Source: a virus | Taxonomy: Duplodnaviria > Caudoviricetes | Strand: one strand, 5' to 3' | IMG/VR virus record: IMGVR_UViG_3300049009_000262 | Span: 1 to 38,630 of that record | DNA: 38,630 nucleotides | Shown here: positions 9,095 to 18,780 of the stretch, piece after piece | Numbering within the stretch: the stretch's first letter is position 1 | Layout: each line of letters begins with the position of its first letter | The notes under the pieces: model-generated | Told to the model about the DNA's origin: nothing | Database searches by the model: none | Seen by the model: only the letters and a program-made list of their open reading frames with translations | Made by a program: the position numbers and the translations under genes

Positions 9095-9611
9095 ACCCAA
9101 CGTTAGTCCCGAGCAAGTCGAACTGCTCGAAAAAGGCATTAATGGCGCGGTCCAATATATCAGAGATTGGAAGCGTAAAGAACTTGTTAGTATGTTAACA
9201 ACAAAATCCAAGGCTCCGCCAGTTTGTGTAGCTGTCGGAAAAGACGCCTATGTTGTAGGAAGATACGGAGTCAAGCGTCACGGTGATGTTTGGCAAGTGT
9301 ATAACAGTTTAGCGGTAACTGAAAATTATTTTAGTTGCAGGGCTAGCGCGATAGTGTACAGTGTCTACGAGCAAACTGGAAGATTTAAATTGGCACGAGA
9401 GCTAGTTTCATACGATGATTCATTGTTACGTTGCAAACAACGTGTAGAAACATATAATCATTTAAAAGCAAAGGCCAAAAAAAAGCGAGATTACTGGCGC
9501 TTTGACCACTATTATATTATGAGCAACACTGCCGAATTTGAACTAGCTGACGCTAAAAACCTATTAGAGAAAAGTTTAAATTTGGCTAAATACTTTAAAA
9601 TTTGGGAATAA
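9057..9611 (+). CDS. Hypothetical phage protein
   Basis: 184 aa ORF in the operon. Confidence 0.7.
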   Translation: MAKSHTKRKSGTKPNVSPEQVELLEKGINGAVQYIRDWKRKELVSMLTTKSKAPPVCVAVGKDAYVVGRYGVKRHGDVWQVYNSLAVTENYFSCRASAIVYSVYEQTGRFKLARELVSYDDSLLRCKQRVETYNHLKAKAKKKRDYWRFDHYYIMSNTAEFELADAKNLLEKSLNLAKYFKIWE

Positions 9612-9617
9612 CTCGCT

Positions 9618-10307
9618 ATGAACCTTAAAGACATTAGCCCTACAGCAACAGCTAAAAAAATGAATCGTATTATGGAAAGCCGATTTGGTTATGCCATTGA
9701 TTACAACAATTTAAGTATTGCTAAAGCAAATAAATTAAACAGCTCCTTGGGAGAAAACATTGCTCGTATCCGCAAGAGCTATGGTGTACATACCGCAGAA
9801 AAGAATCCAAAGTATATGGAACTTCTTTTGGTACGTGAAGCACTAGGCAAGTGGATCAGCGAACACAATCAACTCACCGAAGGCGAGATGGGAAAAAGCA
9901 GTGCTATCCTAGCTGCCAAAGATATGGTAGACAGCATACAAGATATGTTGGAAAAAGTTAGCAAGATGCAAGTAGAGCAAATGCCTGCCCTAATTGACAC
10001 CATTCGTGACCAAATTGGCAACGACCAAGCTGACAACTTTAAGAATAGCGTAGGCGGCCTACTAAGCAGTATGGTTGACCAACTAACACAGGCACGTGAA
10101 CAAGCTGATGGCGCCGCACGTAGTTTGGCAGGAGAAGGTCCGGCCGCTGGTATGGCAATGCCAGGTGGTGAAATGGGCGGTGCTCCAATGCCAGGTGCAC
10201 CTGCCGCAAGTCCTGCAAGTGATTTAGACCAAGTTGCCGCAGACAGTTTTGGCGCAACAGATGCTGCCGCTGGCGGACCAGAAGCACTAGGCAGAGAAAA
10301 GCGTTAA
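9618..10307 (+). CDS. Hypothetical (prohead core/scaffold-like) protein
   Basis: Helical; LTE|G possible protease site; low-complexity tail ending LGREKR; TAAATA at 9587-9592. Confidence 0.6.
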   Translation: MNLKDISPTATAKKMNRIMESRFGYAIDYNNLSIAKANKLNSSLGENIARIRKSYGVHTAEKNPKYMELLLVREALGKWISEHNQLTEGEMGKSSAILAAKDMVDSIQDMLEKVSKMQVEQMPALIDTIRDQIGNDQADNFKNSVGGLLSSMVDQLTQAREQADGAARSLAGEGPAAGMAMPGGEMGGAPMPGAPAASPASDLDQVAADSFGATDAAAGGPEALGREKR

Positions 10308-10310
10308 TCA

Positions 10311-10736
10311 ATGAGAGCTACTGAATTTGTTTTTGAAGATAATATCACCGGTGGCATCATCGAAGATGAAGCTGATCACCGCGGTGATGACAACTTAGCT
10401 AACGCATTAGAAACACTAAGACACCAGGCACATAATAAACACGATGTGCCAATGGTGCGTGTTGATAGTTTAATTAATATTGTTCGCGGTATGCCAGGAA
10501 CAGAAATGTTTTCCGTTGAAAATTTAATGGACGCATACAAGAGCAATGAGACTATTAAAAATTTAGTCAAAGACATCAAAGACAATAAAGATGGCATCAA
10601 GTATGCTTATCTAACTACCTTTGCCGATGATCCACTAACAGGCGATGACCAAATGGCATCCGCCGGTGGCCAAATTAATAATCCAGAAAAAACCATTGAC
10701 TCGATGGCAAAACGTGCGTTAGACAAACGCAGTTAA
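10311..10736 (+). CDS. Hypothetical phage protein with capsid-targeting-like N-terminus
   Basis: MRATEFVFE start; 141 aa. Confidence 0.7.
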   Translation: MRATEFVFEDNITGGIIEDEADHRGDDNLANALETLRHQAHNKHDVPMVRVDSLINIVRGMPGTEMFSVENLMDAYKSNETIKNLVKDIKDNKDGIKYAYLTTFADDPLTGDDQMASAGGQINNPEKTIDSMAKRALDKRS

Positions 10737-10746
10737 GGATATTACA

Positions 10747-10908
10747 ATGGAAAATTATATGGACGATTTTGAATCGTATAAACGTTTCACCTCCACACAA
10801 AAATGTCCTTGCGGATGTAAACCACATTGCGGACACAGTTGCCAAGACTGTGAATATTGCTCTGACTGCGAATGCGAAGAGTGTATTAAGGGTCAAGGAA
10901 TTAATTAA
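10747..10908 (+). CDS. Cys-rich metallothionein-like peptide (53 aa; absent from the ORF track)
   Basis: MENYMDDFESYKRFTSTQKCPCGCKPHCGHSCQDCEYCSDCECEECIKGQGIN*; AAGGA RBS; TAATG overlap with iscU. Confidence 0.7.
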   Translation: MENYMDDFESYKRFTSTQKCPCGCKPHCGHSCQDCEYCSDCECEECIKGQGIN

Positions 10909-11312
10909 TGGCCTATTCAGATAAGGTAATCGACCACTATGAAAATCCCAGGAATGTCGGATCTTTTGACAAGAGTGATACTGATATTGGTACTGGTATG
11001 GTTGGCGCACCTGCTTGCGGTGATGTAATGAAACTACAGATAAAGGTTGACAATGATACAGGTGTTATTACAGATGCAAAATTTAAAACGTATGGCTGCG
11101 GATCGGCTATTGCAAGTTCGAGCCTCGTTACAGAGTGGGTCAAAGGAAAAACACTCAACGAAGCTGGATCAATTAAAAACTCCCAAATTGCCGAAGAACT
11201 AGCCCTGCCACCAGTTAAGATACACTGCTCCATTCTAGCAGAAGATGCAATCAAGGCGGCTGTAGCAGACTATAGAAGCCGGCTCAATGATAACTCTGCC
11301 CAACGAACCTAA
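10908..11312 (+). CDS. iscU: Fe-S cluster assembly scaffold IscU
   Basis: MAYSDKVIDHYENPRNVG, GAPACGD, GCGSAIAS, LPPVKIHC (HscA-binding motif, three conserved Cys). Confidence 0.96.
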   Translation: MAYSDKVIDHYENPRNVGSFDKSDTDIGTGMVGAPACGDVMKLQIKVDNDTGVITDAKFKTYGCGSAIASSSLVTEWVKGKTLNEAGSIKNSQIAEELALPPVKIHCSILAEDAIKAAVADYRSRLNDNSAQRT

Positions 11313-11841
11313 GACCATTGGTGTTTTTGTTAGTGGAGGATTAGACAGCGCAATACTTTATTATATGGTATTGCAAGCTAACGCGAATAGTCGGCACACT
11401 ATTGTTCCTATAACAATAATTAGAACATTTACCTCGGTGCAGACTATTCAAGATATGTTGAATTACGTACATTCAGTGTTCAACCTACCTGCCATTAAAC
11501 CGACGATACTGACGGGCTCACAAGTTGCACCGGCAGTACAAGAAGCATACAACTTGGGCTATGATAGGGTCTACGTAGGGATAATCAAAGAATTACCAGA
11601 ATTCTTAATAGGCTGGGAGTCTAGTTCTCATCCAGAAAATGTATTCTTTAAGACACCGTTTAAAGATATGACTAAAGTGGACATAGTTAAATTGGTTAAA
11701 GAACAACAACAAGAAACTTTATTTCACATTACTCACAGTTGTGCCAACACAGTCATTGGCAGATGCAAAGAGTGTAATAGATGCAGAGAACGAAAATGGG
11801 CATTTGATAGTCTTGCTCTGACAGACCCGGGTGTGTTATAA
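11287..11841 (+). CDS. QueC-like PP-loop ATPase (7-cyano-7-deazaguanine synthase family)
   Basis: SGGLDS PP-loop; TKVDIV; C-terminal SC-x7-CKECNRCRER Zn motif; shorter than canonical QueC. Confidence 0.7.
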   Translation: MITLPNEPKTIGVFVSGGLDSAILYYMVLQANANSRHTIVPITIIRTFTSVQTIQDMLNYVHSVFNLPAIKPTILTGSQVAPAVQEAYNLGYDRVYVGIIKELPEFLIGWESSSHPENVFFKTPFKDMTKVDIVKLVKEQQQETLFHITHSCANTVIGRCKECNRCRERKWAFDSLALTDPGVL

Positions 11842-11842
11842 T
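11813..11842 (+). promoter_or_regulatory. sigma70 extended -10 promoter, leaderless-type
   Basis: TTGCTC-18nt-TATAAT with TGn; ATG 5 nt downstream. Confidence 0.6.
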
Positions 11843-11847
11843 GTACT

Positions 11848-12531
11848 ATGATCCTACCCAAATACAATTATACTCCGCTTAGTAGAACTACCATCGAAGG
11901 AAAACGACACTACTGTTTGCCAGATGGATCTAATGTTCCTAGCGTTACTACTATACTTGATAAAACCAAAAGTGAAGAAAGCAAACAAGCTCTAAACAAT
12001 TGGAAAAAACGTATGGGTACAGCCAAGGCCCAAGAGATTACCACAGAAGCCGCTAGTCGCGGAACACGTATGCACAAGTGGCTAGAGACCTATGTTAAAG
12101 ATGGTGATATGGGCTTACCAGGGACAAATCCTTTTAGTATACAAAGTCACGCAATGGCCAATGTCATTGTGTTTGAGGGTCTAGCCAACAATGTAACTGA
12201 ATATTGGGGTGTGGAAGTTCCTGTTTACTACAGTGGACTATATGCAGGCACTACAGACTGCCTAGGCCTGTGGAAGGGAAAACCTGCCATTTTAGACTTC
12301 AAACAGACTAATAAACCCAAGAAAAGAGAGTGGATCGAGGATTATTTTGCCCAGCTGGCTGCCTATGCACTGGCGCATAACAATACACACGGAACCGATA
12401 TAAAAACAGGTGTTATTCTGATGTGTAGCGCAGACAACTTATATCAAGAGTTTGTTTTAGAAGAAGCTGAATTTGAGTTTTATAGTAATCGTTGGCTTGA
12501 GCGAGTTGAGCAGTACTACCTAAACAGCTAA
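11848..12531 (+). CDS. PD-(D/E)XK exonuclease (Cas4/MGME1-like phage nuclease)
   Basis: PSVTTIL, RGTRMH, E...AGTTD...LDFKQ, QLAAY motifs. Confidence 0.85.
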   Translation: MILPKYNYTPLSRTTIEGKRHYCLPDGSNVPSVTTILDKTKSEESKQALNNWKKRMGTAKAQEITTEAASRGTRMHKWLETYVKDGDMGLPGTNPFSIQSHAMANVIVFEGLANNVTEYWGVEVPVYYSGLYAGTTDCLGLWKGKPAILDFKQTNKPKKREWIEDYFAQLAAYALAHNNTHGTDIKTGVILMCSADNLYQEFVLEEAEFEFYSNRWLERVEQYYLNS

Positions 12532-12557
12532 ATACGTATTATTATAGGACAAGTAGA

Positions 12558-14126
12558 ATGGCTGTCACACAAGTTTCCACAATACAAGTACGCAGAGGTC
12601 TAGCTCAAGATTTAGGTAATCTTGCGTCTGGCGAGTTAGCCTGGGCTCTCGATACACAAAAGCTGTACATCGGCAACGGTACCATTGAAGAAGGTGCACC
12701 AATAAACGGTGTCACAGAATTATTAACTAGTAATTTTAATGTTGTAGAAACTTTAGGATCCTATGTTTATAAAGGTGAAGAAGGCGGCTATGTAGTAGTT
12801 ACAGGACCCGACAATTCGGAAATTAAAAGATCCTATCAAAATAAAACTGATGATTTTGTAAACGTTCGCGATTTTGGAGCAAAGGGTAATGGTATCATTG
12901 ATGATACCTCCGCTATACAACGTGCCATCGATGAATTGTACGATCGTAAGTCCATTAACCCACGCACCATTACAAGACGTGCATTACGTTTTAATGCAGG
13001 ACGCTATAGAATTACCAGGGATCTTAGAATCCCTCCGTATACAACGTTTATTGGCGAAGGCAAAGACAGTGTATTCATCATTGCTGATGGTGCCGAGTCA
13101 ACATCACTGATAACTTTAACTACCAGTAACGGTCTAAGCCCGGCGGTAAACTATCAACCGGCACCTGTTTACCCAACGTCTGTTTTTATTTCAGGTATGA
13201 GTTTAGTCTCTAATAGAGAGATAGACATTGTACGCATAGATGGCGCCAAGGATTGTGTTTTTGTCGACGTTAACTTTAAAGGATCATTGAATGAACCAGA
13301 AAACGCAGATTCGAATATTGCCGCCGTTGTAATTAACAGTAACTTTAAGAAAACAACAAACATACAATTTCACCGTTGTGGATTCAGTGGCGTAGAATAT
13401 GCCGCACGTATTGATGGTGCCAACACCAGTGGGATAAAATTTTCAGGTTGCGACTTTAGTAATTTATGGGCCGGTGTAGTCACTGGAGATGCTGTTAGTA
13501 ATGTTGTAATTACAGACAGCAAATTTGAAACTATATATTCTTACGCTATCTATGGAGATGTGGATGCAACAGGCATTGTTAGTTCTAACAACACATTTAT
13601 AGACGTAGGCAACCATTACAACGGCGATGGCGCAGGTGGTGCAGTTACCCCAGTGATTGTATTCCAGGCAGACAACAACTATAGTGTGGCAGATATTTTT
13701 GCCAGACCAAAAAACTCATCAGTTGGCAGAATTAGTGCGGCTGGCTGTGCTATTGTTAGTTTGAGTATTGACGACTCTTTAAGATTAGGCGATGCATACA
13801 CTACACCAGGCAAAACACTAAGTTTAAGTGGAAGCAATACAGGTCACATTTCATTGGGTTATAACACCAGCGGGATAGTTCATTATTCTGCAAAGCGTGG
13901 GCCCTGTTCAAGGTTTGGTACAATTAAATTTACTGCCAGCCCAATTTTAAACGACATAGTCTATGATGAGGAGTATACCGAATCCAGTGATATGGGATTG
14001 AATCTAAAAGTAGTAACAGACGGTCTGAAATTGCAACTACGATGGACTACCAATGGATCGGGCCCAGTTACAGATTTTACCTTTGATGTTAAATTCCTAG
14101 GATACGATGGTATCAGAGCACTCTGA
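12558..14126 (+). CDS. Tail fibre/spike: Mtd-N-like N-terminus plus pectate-lyase-like beta-helix
   Basis: IQVRRG...LASGELAWALDTQKLYIGNG; VNVRDFGAKGNGIIDDTSAIQRAID; TAAATA at 12529-12534. Confidence 0.8.
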   Translation: MAVTQVSTIQVRRGLAQDLGNLASGELAWALDTQKLYIGNGTIEEGAPINGVTELLTSNFNVVETLGSYVYKGEEGGYVVVTGPDNSEIKRSYQNKTDDFVNVRDFGAKGNGIIDDTSAIQRAIDELYDRKSINPRTITRRALRFNAGRYRITRDLRIPPYTTFIGEGKDSVFIIADGAESTSLITLTTSNGLSPAVNYQPAPVYPTSVFISGMSLVSNREIDIVRIDGAKDCVFVDVNFKGSLNEPENADSNIAAVVINSNFKKTTNIQFHRCGFSGVEYAARIDGANTSGIKFSGCDFSNLWAGVVTGDAVSNVVITDSKFETIYSYAIYGDVDATGIVSSNNTFIDVGNHYNGDGAGGAVTPVIVFQADNNYSVADIFARPKNSSVGRISAAGCAIVSLSIDDSLRLGDAYTTPGKTLSLSGSNTGHISLGYNTSGIVHYSAKRGPCSRFGTIKFTASPILNDIVYDEEYTESSDMGLNLKVVTDGLKLQLRWTTNGSGPVTDFTFDVKFLGYDGIRAL

Positions 14127-14185
14127 TATCAACAGATTAACAGGCCAGTTATTGGCAAACTTGAAACAAAGTAATTCAATTAAGT

Positions 14186-14641
14186 ATGTGGATTCTCAAA
14201 CCCGACGAGCGGTTACGAGATTGGAAGATCTTTCGTAATCAAATTAGCGGGCAAACATTAGAGCAGGCTTGCTCTGATACTGCCCATCTTTGGAGTTATG
14301 CTCCGTTTGTAAACTACTATATAGACCCGGATCGAGAAAATAGCACTTCTCCTTGGCCGGATCCTTGGACTCTTTTGCACGAAAATTACTATTGTGATGT
14401 TGCAAAAGCTCTTGGAATGTTGTATACTATATATCTTAGCAACCATAAGCCCCTGGACATCGAACTCAGGCACTACCAGTGCCGGGAGACCAGAGAAGCT
14501 TTTAATTTAGTTTGGTTGGCAAAAGGGAAATATATACTTAATTTCAATTTCGACGAAGTCGTAAATAAAACACAATTAACAAACACATTAGATTTAAAAT
14601 TTAGGTATACAGCCCTGGATTTAAACCTAGATCAATATTAG
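14186..14641 (+). CDS. Hypothetical phage protein
   Basis: 151 aa ORF, WPDPWTLL motif. Confidence 0.7.
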   Translation: MWILKPDERLRDWKIFRNQISGQTLEQACSDTAHLWSYAPFVNYYIDPDRENSTSPWPDPWTLLHENYYCDVAKALGMLYTIYLSNHKPLDIELRHYQCRETREAFNLVWLAKGKYILNFNFDEVVNKTQLTNTLDLKFRYTALDLNLDQY

Positions 14642-14659
14642 AACTACAAGGAAGACTCA

Positions 14660-16966
14660 ATGACACAAATCGCTGTAACTAAAAGAGACGGTTCAAGAGA
14701 ACCACTGGATTTAGAAAAATTACATCGTGTAGTGTTTTGGGCCACTGAAGGAATTACTGGAGTCAGCGCCAGTGAAGTTGAAATTAAAAGTCACATACAA
14801 TTCTACAATGGCATCAAAACACGCACTATTCAAGAAACACTTATCAAATCTGCCGCAGATTTAATAACAGAAGAAACACCAAATTATCAATATGTAGCCG
14901 GCAGATTAATCAACTATCATTTGCGTAAAGAAGTATATGGCGACTATCAACCTTGGCCTTTGATCAAGTTAGTTAAATTTAACGTTGACCTTGGTTTCTA
15001 TGATGCAGGACTATTAGAAGTCTACAGTGATGATGAATGGAATCTTATGGATACCTATATCAATCACGCCCGAGACGAAAACTTTACCTACGTTGCAATG
15101 GAGCAATGGCGCGGCAAGTACCTTGTGCAAAACCGTGTACACAAACAAATATTTGAAACACCACAAATGGCATATCTAATGATTGCCGCAACATTGTTTC
15201 AAACGTATCCAAAAGAAACCAGACTGCAATACGTAAAAGATTATTATGATGCTATTAGTCTACACGACATTAGTCTGCCTACACCTGTTATGGCTGGGGT
15301 GCGTACTCCACAGAAACAATTTAGTAGTTGTGTGCTCATCGAAGCAGATGACAGCCTGGACAGTATCAATGCCACAGCAAGTTCTATTGTTAAGTACGTG
15401 AGCCAAAAGGCCGGCATTGGTATCGGTGCCGGCCGTATCCGTGCTATTGGCAGTCCCATCCGTAAAGGCGATGCATACCACACAGGTGTTATTCCCTTCT
15501 ATAAGCATTTTCAAAGTGCAGTAAAGAGTTGTAGCCAAGGTGGTGTGCGCGGTGGCGCCGCTACGTTGTATTATCCAATTTGGCATTTGGAAGTTGAAGA
15601 CCTTTTAGTGCTAAAGAATAATAAAGGCACTGAGGAGAACCGTGTACGTCAGATGGACTATGGTGTTCAGTTCAATAAATTAATGTATGAGCGTTTAATC
15701 TCCGGCGGCGATATTACATTGTTTAGCCCACACGATGTTCCTGAGTTGTACAATGCTTTCTTTAGCGACCAAGAAAAATTTAAAGAGCTCTACGAACGTG
15801 CAGAACGTAATACCAAGCTACGTAAAAAGACAGTTGACGCCAGGACCTTGTTCTCTTCCTTTATGGAGGAACGTAAGAACACAGGTCGCGTTTATCTAAT
15901 GAACGTGGATCACGCTAACACGCACAGCCCTTTTAAAGAGAACCTACATCCTATTAAGATGTCCAACCTGTGTACAGAAATTAATCTACCCACAGTGCCA
16001 TTAATGGACATCAATGACGAAAATGGTCGCATTGCCTTGTGTACGTTAAGCGCACAGAACTGGGGCAATGTAAAGAGCAAACACGACTTTGAACGTATCT
16101 GTAAATTAAGTGTACGTGGACTTGACGCTTTATTGAGCTATCAAAATTACCCTATCAAAGCCGCAGAACTTTCCACTAAACAATTTAGGCCTTTGGGTAA
16201 CGGCATTATTAACTTTGCCTACTTCCTGGCCAAGAATGATGTTAGCTATAGCGATCCTAAGGCATTGGAGTTAGTCGATGAATACGCTGAAGCGTGGTCA
16301 TATTATTTGATCAAGGCCAGTGCAGACCTAGCTGTGGAGCAAGGGCCCTGTGAAGGTTGGCAAGATCTTAAGTATGCCGATGGTATTCTTCCCATTGACA
16401 CACGCAAGAAAGATGTTGATGAGTTAGTACCACATCAAGAGCGTATGCCTTGGCGTGCCTTGCGTGAACAGATCCTAAGCACTGGCATACGCAATGCTAC
16501 ATTAATGGCATTGATGCCTGCAGAAACATCGGCACAGATTTCAAATGCCACCAATGGCATCGAACCACCACGTAGCTACGTTTCAGTAAAACAAAGTAAA
16601 GATGGGGTCTTAAGACAAGTAGTCCCTGAATTTAGAAAACTTAAAAACAAATACGAACTATTATGGAATCAAAAAAGCCCCGAGGGCTACTTAAAGATTT
16701 GCGCTATTTTACAAAAGTACATTGATCAAGGTATCAGCATTAATACTTCGTATAACCCACAGTTCTACGAAGACGAAAAGATCCCAATGAGTGAGATGCT
16801 CAAGCACCTGCTGATGTGCTACAAGTATGGCACAAAACAATTATATTATTTTAATACCTATGATGGCCAAGGTGAGATTGATATCGACAAGTTGTCAAAT
16901 CAACAACCACTGAAACAAGAAACTGTAATACAAGATCAAGAAGACTGTGAGAGTTGTGTGATATGA
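14660..16966 (+). CDS. nrdA: Ribonucleotide reductase class Ia alpha subunit with ATP cone
   Basis: VTKRDG ATP cone, QFSSC, CSQGGVRGG, SNLCTEI, LYY, C-terminal CESC. Confidence 0.97.
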   Translation: MTQIAVTKRDGSREPLDLEKLHRVVFWATEGITGVSASEVEIKSHIQFYNGIKTRTIQETLIKSAADLITEETPNYQYVAGRLINYHLRKEVYGDYQPWPLIKLVKFNVDLGFYDAGLLEVYSDDEWNLMDTYINHARDENFTYVAMEQWRGKYLVQNRVHKQIFETPQMAYLMIAATLFQTYPKETRLQYVKDYYDAISLHDISLPTPVMAGVRTPQKQFSSCVLIEADDSLDSINATASSIVKYVSQKAGIGIGAGRIRAIGSPIRKGDAYHTGVIPFYKHFQSAVKSCSQGGVRGGAATLYYPIWHLEVEDLLVLKNNKGTEENRVRQMDYGVQFNKLMYERLISGGDITLFSPHDVPELYNAFFSDQEKFKELYERAERNTKLRKKTVDARTLFSSFMEERKNTGRVYLMNVDHANTHSPFKENLHPIKMSNLCTEINLPTVPLMDINDENGRIALCTLSAQNWGNVKSKHDFERICKLSVRGLDALLSYQNYPIKAAELSTKQFRPLGNGIINFAYFLAKNDVSYSDPKALELVDEYAEAWSYYLIKASADLAVEQGPCEGWQDLKYADGILPIDTRKKDVDELVPHQERMPWRALREQILSTGIRNATLMALMPAETSAQISNATNGIEPPRSYVSVKQSKDGVLRQVVPEFRKLKNKYELLWNQKSPEGYLKICAILQKYIDQGISINTSYNPQFYEDEKIPMSEMLKHLLMCYKYGTKQLYYFNTYDGQGEIDIDKLSNQQPLKQETVIQDQEDCESCVI

Positions 16967-17394
16967 GAGCCAGTGAGCTAATAACTGAAACAAAGATCAA
17001 TGATTCGTGGTTTCGGGATAATGCGTTTAAAGCATATAAACAAGCGAATCCTGAACGATACGAAATCGCAGACCAATCTGGTACTATAGAAACTCTAGAA
17101 GGTCCAGTTAGATACAATGCAGGCGACTACATTTTAACTGGTCCTAAGGGCGAAAAGTATCCTATACCCCCGGCTAAGTTTAAAGAACTCAAAGACGACA
17201 ACGGTGACGGCACTTGCACACCTAAAAAAATCATTAAGTGGGCCAAGCTGGCGGATCACGATGGCGTGGTTAATACCAGTTGGGGCGAGCCACTAAATTA
17301 CACCTCGGGCAATGACTACATTGTTCGCCACGGTGAAAACGACTACGGCGTAGTTAAGAAAGACATTTTTGCAAAAACATATTCTAAAGCATAA
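16963..17394 (+). CDS. PGDYG-like tandem-domain protein
   Basis: ATG 16963 overlaps the nrdA stop; TLEG..AGDYILTGPKGEKYPI and TSWG..GNDYIVRHGENDYGVVKKDIFAKTY repeats. Confidence 0.7.
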   Translation: MRASELITETKINDSWFRDNAFKAYKQANPERYEIADQSGTIETLEGPVRYNAGDYILTGPKGEKYPIPPAKFKELKDDNGDGTCTPKKIIKWAKLADHDGVVNTSWGEPLNYTSGNDYIVRHGENDYGVVKKDIFAKTYSKA

Positions 17395-17403
17395 GGAACA
17401 ACA

Positions 17404-18531
17404 ATGAGCGTTTTCAATATTAATAATAAAACTAAACATACTGATGCTCTAGCCTTCTTTGACCCAAGCGGCCCGGTTACAATTCAACGATATGAAACTT
17501 TAAAATACAAACAGTTCGACAAATTAACAGATAAACAATTGGGATTCTTTTGGCGTCCCGAGGAAGTAGACGTTACCAGAGATGCCAAAGATTTTCGCGA
17601 CTTAACTGACCACGAGCAACACATTTTTACCAGTAATTTAAAAAGACAAATCCTATTAGACAGTGTGCAAGGCCGTAGCCCCAGTCTGGCCTTGTTGCCG
17701 TTTGTATCTATTCCTGAATTGGAAACTTGGATCAGCACCTGGACCTTTAGTGAAACCGTCCATAGCAGAAGCTACACACACATTATCCGTAATGTCTTTA
17801 GCGATCCTAGCAGAGTGTTTGATGAGATGATGCAGATTGACGAGATTGCCAACTGCGCCCTGGACATCAGCAAGTATTATGATGACTTGATTGAGTACGG
17901 CGGCTATTACAATTTGCTAGGTGCCGGTACACACTCTATCAACGGCAAAGAACTTGTGATTGATGAATACGAGTTAAAGAAGAAACTCTGGATGGCCATT
18001 AACAGTGTCAATGCACTAGAAGGAATTCGTTTCTATGTTAGCTTTGCCTGCTCCTGGGCCTTTGCCGAATTGAAGAAGATGGAAGGCAATGCTAAGATTA
18101 TTAAATTAATTTGCCGAGATGAAAACATTCACCTGGGTAGCACACAGACATTGATTAAATTGTTACCACAAGACGATCCAGACTTTATTAAGATTAAGGA
18201 AGAAACAGCTGATGCCTGTGCAAAGATATTTCTGGATGCAGCCGAACAAGAAAAGGCCTGGGCCGAGTACTTATTCAAAGACGGAAGTATGATAGGCTTA
18301 AATAAACAACTGTTATGCGATTATGTTGATTGGATTACAGCCAAGCGAATGACAGCAGTTGGTCTTAAACACAATCTTAAGACTGGTAGTAACCCACTAC
18401 CGTGGACTGCTAAATGGATTGCTGGCGCAGAAGTCCAAGTAGCACCACAAGAAACTGAAATCTCCAGTTACATTGTCGGCGGTACAAAACAAGACGTAAC
18501 AGAAAATACATTCAAAGGATTTAGTTTATAA
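17404..18531 (+). CDS. nrdB: Ribonucleotide reductase class Ia beta subunit
   Basis: FFWRPEEV, LLDSVQGR, ETVHSRSY, LEGIRFY, RDENIH, VAPQETEISSY. Confidence 0.97.
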   Translation: MSVFNINNKTKHTDALAFFDPSGPVTIQRYETLKYKQFDKLTDKQLGFFWRPEEVDVTRDAKDFRDLTDHEQHIFTSNLKRQILLDSVQGRSPSLALLPFVSIPELETWISTWTFSETVHSRSYTHIIRNVFSDPSRVFDEMMQIDEIANCALDISKYYDDLIEYGGYYNLLGAGTHSINGKELVIDEYELKKKLWMAINSVNALEGIRFYVSFACSWAFAELKKMEGNAKIIKLICRDENIHLGSTQTLIKLLPQDDPDFIKIKEETADACAKIFLDAAEQEKAWAEYLFKDGSMIGLNKQLLCDYVDWITAKRMTAVGLKHNLKTGSNPLPWTAKWIAGAEVQVAPQETEISSYIVGGTKQDVTENTFKGFSL

Positions 18532-18779
18532 TGTTAACAGTCTACAGTAAAAACCATTGCCCATTTTGCGAACAGGCAAAGGCCTTATTAAAAAAGCACG
18601 AAGTTGTTTTCGAAGAAATTAAAATAGATGAAAGCCCAGAAGCCAAAGAGTTTGTTATGACTGAAGGGCATCGCACAGTTCCACAAATTTACAAAGACGG
18701 TAAGTTGTTTGTAGAAGGCGGATACACAGGACTAGCCAAATTGACAGAAGGTCAAATCAAAGAAAGATTATTAGCGTAA
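18531..18779 (+). CDS. Glutaredoxin
   Basis: CPFC active site, TVPQI, GGY; follows nrdB. Confidence 0.93.
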   Translation: MLTVYSKNHCPFCEQAKALLKKHEVVFEEIKIDESPEAKEFVMTEGHRTVPQIYKDGKLFVEGGYTGLAKLTEGQIKERLLA

Positions 18780-18780
18780 T

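Noticed and set aside
11848-12531. Cas4 of a CRISPR system
   Set aside because: No Cys cluster for Fe-S, no cas neighbours or array; fits a stand-alone phage exonuclease.
12558-12720. Mtd-N-like domain as evidence for a diversity-generating retroelement
   Set aside because: This domain is common in tail proteins; no RT or template repeat was seen.
14660-18531. Introns or inteins in nrdA/nrdB
   Set aside because: Both ORFs are uninterrupted and of normal class Ia length.
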